Below, one piece after another: positions 52,747 to 64,000 of a DNA stretch of 64,000 nt (within the stretch, counting starts at the first letter, position 1; each line of letters begins with the position of its first letter). Source of the DNA: Trichoplax sp. H2 (taxonomy: Eukaryota); assembly GCA_003344405.1 (NCBI GenBank), contig NOWV01000130.1, positions 1 to 64,000 on the forward strand. Reading direction: 5' to 3'. The notes under the pieces are model-generated. The model saw only the letters and a list, made by a program, of their open reading frames with translations, was not told the DNA's origin and searched no databases. The translations under genes and the position numbers were made by a program.

Positions 52747-55700
52747 TTTTAAACTGTTTTATTGAAATGGATATCAAATTTAGCCAAGTGAAGGACTTTT
52801 CGTGCTATAACAGATCTAACAAACAAAGTCAAATCTTACTGACGTCATGATGTATTAATGATCCTTTTTGCTTTCTTGAGTCTTTTTAGATCAATATTGA
52901 AGCCAATTAATCAACTTTAATCTAATTAGGTGCAGCTATGAAAGTCAATACCTGAATAAAATAAAAGAACTCTGTAGAAACCTTATGATATTGATTTTTA
53001 GTTTATCTATCTTATTGAAAGGTTCCATACACATGAAAAAGAACCGAATGATCTGGCTAAACTTATTCAATTCATTACCGTATGCTCAGTTATTATCTAA
53101 AAATATCAATCTGATTGTATCACAGAATTAGATGCCGTGTCTTCTTCTTCTATTTCTCTTAGTTTATATCGACGAATATAAACTGAGACAGCAATATTCC
53201 TTATTTAGCCGCCTTAATTAATTATATTATCGGTCATTAATTTTATGACGCTTAATTAATAAATTAGGGAGGCAACTTGCTCGACTTGATCATTAGAAGG
53301 TTTTACGTTTCATCTTAAAATATTCTAATAATTATAATCTATTTGCTAACATAAAATAAAACCATTTTATGCGTATGTGACGATGATGTTGTTGATTGCT
53401 ACAATTTAAATCCTCACCAAGGTTACTATTATTTAAATCACAGCCAGTATTTTCACAACATCGTATTTGTCAATTATGAGCCATGCCTTTACTGTCAACG
53501 TTTCTATTTTGATTAATTCAAAAGCAGTAATCGATTTAAGCACTATTCATTTTCGGGAACATATAAATTGTCAGTTACTTATTATGAATTAGTCAGATAA
53601 GAACTTCTTTGCTCTTGGTCACATTTTGTAATCATTTCCTAAGGCATAAGCTTTATATTCAATCTCTTACAATTGTTAATATCATTTCCGAATACAGTGA
53701 GTCCAATAGCCGTAACAGTCAATTATAAATTCATCGATTAATGATAAAATCGTTTATTTTGCTATTGTTATTGATATATTTGCTATAATATATGTTGAAG
53801 AGCTAGATTCTGCTGGAATCGTAACTACGTAGATATTGCGGTATTTAGAGAGCAATTTACCTGAATTAGATTGACGTTAATAGAAGTGGAAAGAAAATTT
53901 GTTCAAGAAATTCAGAAATCAAAATTTAAGTTAGAACATGGAATGAAGAATGCACAGTATTCAACTCTGTCATAGATTAGAAGGAGACCTAAGTAATGTC
54001 TAAGTGCTTTTCGCTCCTTATTTTCATTTAGAATTTTATTGTAGCACCAGGTATGCGAACAACTACAGTACTTCAAGACTCGTCGGATTTTATAATACCT
54101 TATGCATTAACAGTATAGAATAATATCATAACTTTAGAGGATATGAATCGAGCAAGCATGTACCCTTGCTTAGATTTCACCTACTGTAGCTATATATTAG
54201 GCGAGAGACGCCAATATTGCTACTAATCGTTGTTATATAGTACTAGTGCAACCTATCGATCGGAAAATAGATAGATAACTTGTAACGTGGTCGAATGGAT
54301 TACTGATGAAACCTGAGTAGGCGATCAATGAATTATAATACGATTCTCATAAATTGATTCCTTCATATGTGAATAATATTTAATAGATACTGGCACTACA
54401 GACTATACAAATAATAAAACAGAAGCTTGCTTCACTGCCAGAAGTATTCCTTTATACTACAGTGTATTGGCTTTAAAGTTAAATAATAAAATGATTTATT
54501 TGTGGTAATATGTACAGGAATTTGAGCAAATAAGTTGTTAAGTTTTGCTATATCTACACCTGTAAATACTACAACATCGTCTTTCATAACATTTTACAAT
54601 AACTATTTTGAATTATCAAAGTAACGTCATGTCGAATAGTATGCCAGCTTCTACGGATTCTTTTATGATAAATAGTATTTCAAAATTAATGTACAATGTA
54701 TAATTTTAAGAAATACAATGTATTAAATGCAAAATTTGTAGTGCAAACATATAATTTAGTCTAAGTTCACTTTAAGTGATGTCTAGATACGGTTAAATGA
54801 GCAAATAATTACTGGCTTTAATATTAGCTTGCAAAGTGAAAAGTTTTCTGAATTTATGCATATCATCCATTTTTTAATAAGTGATGATTATAATTATGTC
54901 TAGTAGTAATATCACAAAATAATATATGCTTGGAATGTTCATATTTATCATTTGCAGTACCTATATTTGTCATAATTGCTGTAAATGTAGCCCTTGATGG
55001 ATATATTTATATGTGACTTGACGTCAAGTTACTCCGGTAAAGACTCAGATGAAGTAATACTTGTGTAATCTCCACAAGTTAAATTTATTAACTTCTATCC
55101 AAATAGAATTAGAATTACTCTTAGCAAGGTAAGAGTTTATATACGACTAATGTTCTTTACAATTGATATCTCAAGAACTTCGCTACCTTAGCGAGTATCT
55201 CTTGACACTAAAATCCTTGAATGACCGATAGCACGATGTGCACAGTTATAAGTATGTAGTCTTTCGGCTACTGGTTGATTACAGATAAGTTAGTTCAACT
55301 GACTGGATATAGTTCTCTTACGATAACACGTACCAATACAGTTATCCTATCTTATGTAGTACTGTACATATTCTGTAAATAATACCAAATTACGACAATA
55401 ATGTGACTTTACGTATTAGCTAAAATTAAGATTTATTTTCGATTTTTAATATAAATTTAGTCTATTTTATTTCTTAATACAGTTATTCTCACATGATCAA
55501 TATCTTTGTAGCATTTTTGTTCATCATATCTATCATGGTACATGGAGCTTACGTGATTGTATGTTGATGTAACGAAGTGACTCCAAACTGTACTTTCTCT
55601 GGAGAGAGTGAGACATGCAGTAATTAACGGCGAAAGGAGTATATACATAGGTCTCTTATTATAGAAAATTACCTGCTACATATTAAAGCCATGCATTTGC

Positions 55701-55769
55701 GGTCAATTTCGTACAATTGATGCAAAAACTGTAATAACGAATGTATGGGATCACGTTATATGCACTAGT

Positions 55770-56700
55770 CGTGGTCTACAGTACCGTCTACTATCAGGAA
55801 CGTCCAGGGACTTCTAGAAGTCTTCTAGAAAGTCCCTGACACCATCCGACTAAGTGCCTACGTGCTCTGGCAACTTTAGTTACCTCGGATTAAAATTCGT
55901 TCATACGATCGAATGTAAACGGGTATTTCTCGTTGTATTTTGGTCCAGTCCCGGCCTAACGAGACATCCATCGATGTATCGATGAAAATATAAAAATTTA
56001 TATTTTAGCAAATTTTTGTCGATGTGGTTGTGTCTCGTTATAATATTCGTCGTAGTAAATTACTGAGATGCGAGTGTTGAGGTACAGTACAACCAGAACG
56101 AGAATCTGACGTTCTCTTTCTGAACTCATCTTGATCGTATGAACGTAACTTTAAGATTAAGTATCTACTGTATGTGCTCTAGCGACATTAGTTCCCCCTG
56201 ATTGGGCGGCTATGATTTGCGCAGTTTCTCGATTAGCGATAATATATAGAAATCACTAAGAAAAGGGTAAGTTCAGACAGTTCCTATGTCCGGGATATGA
56301 TATTTGCCCTACAACCCAGTATTGCATTGCTCTGAGTGCATGTATCCACTAAGACCTAGTGATTATGTGCTCTGGCAACTTCAGTCCCCTGACTCTCCTC
56401 CAGCGTACAGCGTGACCATTTCACGAAATGCTGCTCCCCGCCAAACATTGCTTTTCAACTATCGGCAATGCAATTACTAAGAAAGGGTAAGTCTGCACAA
56501 ATTCCATGCCGGGAATATGATATTTGTCCCTATGACAACTCAGTATGTATTGTTTTTGAGTGCATGCATTCACTAAAGACTAACATAAGTGGCTATGTAC
56601 TCTGGCAACTTCAGTCCTCTGACTCGCCTCTGAACATTGTTTTTCTAGTAACGGTAATATACTGTAATCACTAAGAAAATATGACAACAGTTACTGTAGT
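55770..56700. repeat. Repeat-structured element: hairpin plus two diverged ~150-bp direct repeats and partial copies
   Basis: CAGGGACTTCTAGAAG/TTCTAGAAAGTCCCTG inverted repeat at ~55805-55838. ACTAAGAAA(A)GGGTAAGT...CTCTGGCAACTTCAGTCC units at ~56252-56400 and ~56472-56630. Confidence 0.6.
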
Positions 56701-58184
56701 ACGCTGTTTTAAATCTATATATAAACATGCTGTGACACGAGTTTTAAAGTTATTAATGAATTTCGTAAATAAAGCGCTTTCATTATGATTATTACATAGT
56801 TTGTCAACTTCTTGTCAATAAATAGCCGATTAAACGAACGAGGCTCAGCACGCTATTCGCACGTTACCGGAACTTCGCGGCGGGTGCTAAGGTGACGCCA
56901 ATATTAGTATCTATAAAGATTATACTAATTAATTTCAGAACAAGCTTACACCTTGATTGTCTAGCAAAACTATACGCGACTAATATTCATAGTTACTCTT
57001 TACCGTATTGCCATTAGCTACATAACGAAATCTACTTAATTAACATGTACGGTGCTTTACTCCGTAACAATTGTATGTAATGAAGTATTGAATTGTGAAC
57101 GAAACTAAATGTTGGTGCCTACAAACACTAATCATTATTATATATTCAATATTATCTAATAAAAGGATAATTTCCCACAAAGTAGTCTGTAAATTTACAA
57201 GGTGTACAACTAAATACAGAACCGATACAATAGTTCAATACGAGATGTATGATCTTGTTCTCTGCATGTGCGCTATTTCTAAAATTATAAATACCACCAA
57301 TTTCTACCTCAGAATTTGTTGGGTACAATAGTCACAATGTTAGTATTTTCCACGTTACTTCACGACAGTTTACGTACTGCTCTACCGTAACTACCATATT
57401 GTACGCAATTTTATAATACAACAAGTTATCTGTTCTTACTAAAAAAAATTGTATATTTCTCTGTGTGGTAATAAATCCGCTGCAGCTGACTTATCGAACT
57501 CCCCATCACATACAGATATATGTATACGGCTAATGCCAACACTGATTAAACGATATTGATCGAAGTTAGTAAACTCACTAGATGTAAAGCGCAGATACTC
57601 ATTGGTAGATCAGATAAGATTATATTACAAGCACATATTGAGGGAGTTTAAATGATTTATAGAAATATTTTTATCTAAGCATCAGAGATTAACAAAAATA
57701 GAAGTACTTGTCAATTAATTTAGGTTTTATAGTGCAACGTAATTGTAATTTTTCACTAATAATGACGGTATTTAATATTTTTATAACTAGAACTACAATA
57801 GTCTTTACATAGTATGTAACAGGCAATAAATAATCTAACCTTTTTAAATTTTTATTTTAGAATGCACATAATGTACATCAATAAACATATAGAGCGGCTC
57901 TACAATTTAAGATATCATACAACCGGTGAAACGATAAATTTTACAAACAGTACCGGAATATAGTAAATTACGAAAAGGTTTTCCACAAAAGAAATAGCCT
58001 GATATATCGAATTAACGGCAATAAAATATAAAATATATGAAGACATAAATAATTCCAGCACTGATATAAATAAGATGCAAACTTACAAATCATAAGATAG
58101 GTCAGATCGTGTAAGCATGTATATTACTGTGTATGATAAGCTATAATACAGGCGTTCAGTAGCAATTCTGTTTAAATAACAAGG

Positions 58185-60082
58185 CTACAAATTCGAAACA
58201 TCCATTTCATCAGAAGTCAACTTCATTTTTTTACCAATGGCTATATTTCTTCTTATTGCAAGACAAATCATATTATTCCCCAAATAATAATTGGATGTAA
58301 CGATATTCATCTGAACTTTGTTCAGCTCATTAGATAACCAATCATCGATTTTAGGATTGATTTTATTACTTAGAGTTTGAATACTAAAAGGAATTTGGTT
58401 ATTAGTTGCATCAAATGTTGTAAACTCTGAAATAGAAAGACTTTTGTTATCAGTACGATAATAATCTTTAAAATGGATAAATAGTTTCTTTTCTCTTTCA
58501 ATTAGAATTATTGGTTTAACTGAGTGTATTGGACCCCAAACCAAGTCACTGTCTTGATACTTTGAACTACAATTTATTTTATTGTACGATGTAAGGATTC
58601 GTGTGTTATCTTTCCAAAGCGTTGCCAATACCTTGCCTGCGTAGGATTTTGGCATCGCATATCCTTTCAACTTGTCCAATATAACATCTAACAGATTATC
58701 GTGGATCGTATCTTCATCAAAATCATAAAAATCTACAAAATGTATGATTAATACCTCATTTATATTTCTTGCGGCAAATGTCTTAATCGTGTGTAGAAAT
58801 GATGTTACTGAAATTTTCGAAAGCCATTTGTTATGACTAAGCCAAAATTTTGTCTTAAACGATGGCAAATATCTTACTCGTAAATCGAAATAACGTATTC
58901 CATCACGTAATTGATTCGCTATATTTTCTGTTTGAGTTTGCGACCATGGTGTCAGCATCGGAGCCGACATATTATAACAGGCTGAACAATAAGTTCCAGG
59001 AATGACCAGATCTTGCAGTCGTAAATTTTGCAAAGAATGTTTATATTTAGCCATCCAATTAGTAAAATTGTGAAATTTAGCTACTTCACTTATCATAAAT
59101 CTTGCTTCTTTGGAGCTGTAGGTAATATATGCTACGTAATAGTGTCGATTACGTGCAAACTCTACTACAGTATTGCAAGAATTATTATAATTTGCTACCC
59201 AACACCACTGCCCTTGAATATAATTACTTACATTCCTTGGATAATGGCGATAAATAGCTACATAGTCCCATGTCAATGCCTTATCACCACGAAACCATTT
59301 TAGATCAAATGTTAAGCTTTTATCAATTCCATACTTAAAAGTATACTGGCCGGATGCAGTTAGGTAAGGATTATGCCGATATCGTGTAACGTTATGAATT
59401 CGCTTCGTATTTTCCATGTTTACCTCTATCGGAGGGATTAACGGATGAGGTCTTTGGGCATAGCCGTAACCATCATCTTCTGGAGTTAATGAAGGTGAGA
59501 CAGTTTTGAATGATTCAAATTCTTTGATTAAAAATCCACATACCTTGGTTTTATTACACGAGTATGTATAATACACGATATAGTAAGTGTAATCCTTGTC
59601 GTAACCTAAATTCGTTACAATTCTATCGGAGAGACGCATATTTAGCCAATGCTGATAACACGATTGGTAAATTGCTTCGCTCTTTTTCTTGCATAATATG
59701 GCAATGTAATCATACGCGTTAGGCATAACACCAGCTACCCACGAAATTATAATGTAAGTGTTATTATACGGCATCGCCCATCTTTGCAATCGCATTTTCA
59801 GTTTGACATAACTTTTTTTCATTGCTGTTCGATTTAATTCCGCAGGTTGAAACTTTTGTATTAGTACTTTCAGTGCTACTGGATTTATATTAGCTAACAG
59901 TCTTGTCTTCATCGCAGGAATTAGATTTATGTTCGCGATTTCAGGGTCTGTTATGCTTGCGTTGTAATAAAATGAATAAAAATTTATTATAGGGTTATTT
60001 CCGGCATAGATAAGTAACTCCAATTGCTTATATTTGTTGGTTGTCATTATTGTTATAGACGGCTTCGGTTGCAAAGTGAATT
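58185..60082 (-). CDS. Coding exon 5: end of GH31 N-domain, linker, two Ig/SKICH-like repeats, PI-PLC X (PLCXD-like) domain
   Basis: AATCTAG|AA FTLQPKPSITIMTT...LELLIYAG; WM...LQDLVIPGTYCS; TQ...I.NQL.DGIRYFDLRV; FWLSHN; NEVLII; MNIVTSNY. Confidence 0.88.
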
Positions 60083-61515
60083 CTAGATTGTATAAAATGG
60101 TCATCTACTAAGTTATGTACACTGCAATCATACAAATGAAAATTACTAATCGCTCGAGTATATTAATATATCATAACGTTATTATTAATAAAAGACAGCA
60201 ATTACGGGTAAATTAAGTGATAACCCAAAATGTTTTATCTTACTTGTAGTTTGGTGACCACGCAGCGCTACGATATAATAATCATTATTATCCTCTTTGA
60301 CAATATATCCTGGGAAATGGAACTTATCGGTACCGATGGCATCCTTCATAATATAAACAATGCGATATGAGTATTTCTTTTTAATGTAACTACTGGTTAC
60401 TACTCAAACAGGTTCCATGCTTACTTGAGATAATTTCGGAGTAAACGTTTTCCAAGTCTTCCAGTTAAATATCTTTCCAGAGGGAGAATCACCCTCTAGC
60501 CCAAAGATATCTTTCGATCCTAGCTTAGATGACAATTGCACTAAGTCATTCTCAAAAATAAATCCACCTGTAGAGGTATCAAACCTAAGGACCAATAATA
60601 TGCAATACATATTTTAATAACATATAAAAAGATGCAGCCTATATTTATAGTTCCTACATATATCTACATATCTTCCACGCTGTAATGCATAATTAATCTG
60701 ACGCACATTGCTTTACCGGTCGACCTTCGTATAACCTTTAATGCAAACGGGTTATGATTACAATAGATGTAAAAGTCTCCCGCACCGTAATTATTGCTAG
60801 GTTGTTTCGAGAAATTGGATGGATAATATCGAGGGTCATAAAACTAAAATTCGTAATAAGGCCAATAAGATCAATCAGTGACTGATTGTACAATAAAGGA
60901 TGCTTTATTGTATATGTAGAAAGGACACATTTTGAGCGCCGTTGTAATAAGAGCACGACGTATCTTATTTCACTACGTAACATCTTAAGTTACCTTAATC
61001 GATAGCATTGCTGGACGATAATGTTCGATAGTAACCATGATATCAGTTAATGCCTTGCTGCTGTAATAAGGAGTATCACAACGGCGTAACTTTGCAATGA
61101 AATCTTTACTAGTTATTTCAGTGCGATTACGAATTTGATATCCGTAATTAACCGGAAAATAGCATGATGGAACAGCATTGCCGCTTGAAGCTCCCCAACA
61201 ACATCCCCGTTCCTTGCATCCTTTCTCTGTTGCTAGCCCAACCGGGTAGCAATCAATTCTATCTTCCACGTCATCACTGCAAACTACATCGTTTTTACCG
61301 CAAACAAATTTTGCAGTGGTAGAAGAAGGAGACGTTATGATCCCAGCAGTAGTTACAGTTTTAGGTAATAGCTTTGGTGTATCAATTTTTTCATGATGAT
61401 TCGAGTGTGAAATAATTTGCAGATTGGACCGATTGATGTGATATATAATTACCAACGTTGCTATAATTACAATTACTAAAGGCACTATTCGTTTACGTCC
61501 ATGGCCGGTAAACAT
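58185..61515 (-). CDS. Predicted 5-exon chimeric gene (~938 aa): GH31 N-terminal half fused to 2 Ig/SKICH-like repeats and a PI-PLC X domain
   Basis: join(61515-60994,60843-60707,60584-60425,60343-60244,60082-58185) = 2817 nt with an open frame. All introns are GT-AG, with phases 0,2,0,1. Confidence 0.8.
60244..60343 (-). CDS. Coding exon 4 (not in ORF track): divergent GH31 HPFY..ED region
   Basis: TGAAG|DAIGTDKFHFPGYIVKEDNNDYYIVALRGHQTT(A)|GTAAGA. 100 nt, phase 0 to phase 1; weaker AAG acceptor. Confidence 0.75.
60425..60584 (-). CDS. Coding exon 3: GH31 N-terminal beta-sandwich
   Basis: CCTTAG|G FDTSTGGFIFENDLVQLSSKLGSKDIFGLE...NWKTWKTFTPKLSQ|GTAAGC. Confidence 0.88.
60707..60843 (-). 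CDS. Coding exon 2 (not in ORF track): GH31 N-terminal domain
   Basis: TTTTAG|FYDPRYYPSNFSKQPSNNYGAGDFYIYCNHNPFALKVIRRSTGKA(AT)|GTGCGT. Matches the GH31 pattern PF...V.R.S.G. Confidence 0.85.
60994..61515 (-). CDS. Coding exon 1: type II signal anchor, S/T-rich stalk, trefoil (P-type) domain, start of GH31 N-terminal domain
   Basis: MFTGHGRKR-IVPLVIVIIATLVIIY; C...RIDCYP....EKGCKERGCCW......VPSCYFP; ends MLSIK|GTAACT. Confidence 0.9.
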
Positions 61516-64000
61516 GATCAATCCAAGCCAAATGAGCTACATTTGTATATTATTAAAAAGGCAAGATGTATTATGATTAGAGTTGCTAACCTAGTTATCA
61601 TGATAAACAGGACGTAAACATAAAGTATCCTATTTAAAATTTAGCAGAATTGAAAAGTCGAAAGCACGAAAGATCTCGTTTAAAACGGCTTTACTGTATT
61701 GATTTCTATACATCCGCGATATTATATGATGTGTATGAAGTCAGGTCTAACTATAGTCTTATGTTTTTACTGATTAGGATACATATAAGCTAGATATTCC
61801 AGAACAGGCTAACAAGGTAAAGGATATTCGTTTTTGTATTAATCTTTTAAGCGACCTTAAAACTAATTAACTATAATGGACTATAGTTCAACTGATATCC
61901 AACGAAGCCTAGCTCGTACATTATTATCAAATTATAGGAAACGATTAAAACGATAAAATAATAACGTAATAGTTTATTAGCAAATAATCTTCAGGTACGG
62001 TTGAGTTTATTGGTTAGTAGATGCGAAATCTGTTATATCCTCATCGAGAGGCACAATACCTTACCGTCTATTAAATTTCGAAATACCGATGATCTAAAGT
62101 AAATAAAATAGTCCAATCAAGCAGGACGTAATTTTTCTTAAGAATCAAATTTTACAGCTAAACCTGTATTTTGACCTAGGAAGCAAGAATTTAATTAATT
62201 AATTTAGTCTAATAAAAGTTCCATAGCATTCATTGATACATTTAAGAATTCGCTATTAATAATGTTATGTTATTAATTAATTACAGCAAATTGTTCTTCA
62301 AAATCCTAAAATGAATTTCCTTTAACAGTACGACAGCGTAATGTATGCTCAAAAACAAGTATCAAATGTATGCGGCCTTGGCTGTAAATCATTTTAATAA
62401 TAGTAGATAATTATAATGATTTCGTCTGATTGATGATAAACATGTGTGTCCGCAAAAATGGCATAGCTAGTCTGGTACTATAATTCGTTAGTGAACTTTA
62501 GAAATCTTAACGATTATTAAAATATTGCAAGTCTTGGGTATTTGCCTGGTACCCTTTGACTCTTCAAATTAAGGAAAATAAGATTGAATTAAATCAACTA
62601 CTGTATGTGCAGTAAAGTACAGTGTCATCATTGTATTGTACAATTCATACGTGGTAAAGTAGCAATGGAACAATGTCGCGCCATCTTATTACAGTATCGT
62701 GTAAAATAGATGCCCAAAAACAGATTGATGATTTCTGTCTGAATAATAATAAAAACTGTTTATGATTAACTGTTATTTCATCCTTTACGCAAAATTAATC
62801 AATCCACCATACGTACGTTACGTAAGTAGATCTTAGCTACGAATAAATCGAAAAACTGTACGCATATTTATTCTATGTTATTTGCTATAAAGCTTGTAGA
62901 TTGCCTTTTCGAGTTTACTGTTCAAGTGTAAATTAATGTAACAACTTTTTGAGTTGTTGCGAGATAGCCATCATCCGGTATCCACTGTTGGTAGTTTTAA
63001 AGTGATAAAGAAAAAATTAACATATTAATCTCCCTACCTATTCGTCATTCTCGGTAGTTAGTTTAGGTATCTGCAATACCGTGCCAAAATTAGATTATGC
63101 TTGTACAGTAGGTTCGATTAGATTACACTGTACTGTATTGTACAGTATACATGTACTGTATGTACTAAGTTCGGCAATTAGGCCTGAGTGGACTGTAAAA
63201 CTGAACTGTATCCATTTTACAATAGGCATTTCGAAGCTAGTATTAATTAATTAATTTTAGATTGCGTACAAATAGCATCATTGTAGCGTTGGCCTATAGT
63301 GCTATACAATACAATATTGTACTTGTAAGATATTAACAATAATTAAGTCATCATGATTGTAGGTTTTATGCAAATTGAAATCCAAATTAAGTGGCAGGCA
63401 ATATAAAGAATGAGCCTTACCGTAATGACATCCCTTGCAAGTTAATCAGGATTGAAAAATATCAGCAAACTAACCGTAGACAACTAAACAATGAGCAATA
63501 CAGTATTGTGGTGTAAAAGTATTCATGCTTGAATCTTTACGAACAACGTCTAGTTCGCTAGCCTATGCCTATACTATGAACCGATCATGCTGTACATTAA
63601 TCTTTTAAGCAACTTTTCATTCTTCTTGATGATACCTTTTAATCGCTAAATATTTTCAACATACAAAATGACACAATAGGCGTACTCTGTATGAATTATC
63701 ATAATAACTACATCTTGAAACATGATCGTAGCAAAGCATCCAGGAAAGACATACGTATACGAGTAGTACAGATATTACAACCAATTTCTACGTGTACTTC
63801 CTTACCGTTTGTCAACGTTTATCGACGTGTAAATCGGCCAGTCTTGACAGCTACTTTCTCATGGTAAAGGTGAGTAGTACAGTAAAATTTTAATTATAAC
63901 GAACGTCGTCTATGGAAACGATAGATTAATTAGTTATAGCATGTATTTGCTGCAATAGCGTATCAATCAATGCTTAATAGCGGTACTTACCAATTTTACG

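Noticed and set aside
55457-55648. 63-aa ORF with a hydrophobic start and a GTGAGA donor-like site
   Set aside because: No open downstream exons could be linked and no homology was recognised.
27061-59303. Overlapping ORFs 27061-27282, 27457-27705, 31244-31567, 48493-48750 and 59028-59303
   Set aside because: They are antisense or alternate-frame shadows of real CDSs with no recognisable motifs.
59955-59960. GCAAGC as a relic or GC-type donor where GH31 similarity ends
   Set aside because: It is phase 0 rather than the phase 1 I would expect from GAA, and no downstream partner exon was found.
58185-60104. Stand-alone 639-aa PI-PLC gene starting at ATG 60104
   Set aside because: The first 7 codons lie in the predicted intron. 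An in-phase TAG acceptor at 60083 and GH31-like residues right after it favour a terminal exon.
60738-60983. 81-aa ORF
   Set aside because: It spans intron 1 and overlaps exon 2 in the wrong frame.
60404-61521. Ordinary GAA/MGAM/SI ortholog
   Set aside because: No GH31 catalytic-barrel motifs (e.g. WIDMNE) were seen downstream in the window, so no gene symbol is given. An exhaustive search for small exons was not possible.
61537-62690. Possible 5' UTR intron (acceptor ~61537, donor ~62065) and YY1-like GCGCCATCTT at ~62678
   Set aside because: Plausible but unsupported without transcript data.

Overview
AT-rich eukaryotic (animal) genomic DNA with three 20-N assembly gaps. Style suggests a placozoan such as Trichoplax; this is inference only. 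Positions ~1.8-52.7 kb hold a tandem array of intronless class A (rhodopsin-like) GPCR genes: 6 intact, 1 with a single frameshift, and about 8 pseudogenes or fragments. Their TM helices resemble LGR/relaxin/glycoprotein-hormone receptors, but they have almost no ectodomain. The array is interspersed with TG...CA solo-LTR-like elements (several with 5-bp TSDs), a Ginger-like MITE and duplicated contig ends. The main result is at 58.2-61.5 kb (- strand). Five exons with GT-AG sites in matching phases join into one ~938-aa ORF. It fuses the N-terminal half of a GH31 alpha-glucosidase (signal anchor, stalk, trefoil, N-terminal beta-sandwich) to two Ig/SKICH-like repeats and a PI-PLC X domain in place of the GH31 catalytic barrel. 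The PI-PLC domain lacks its first catalytic His. All family calls come from motif recognition by eye; no searches were run.
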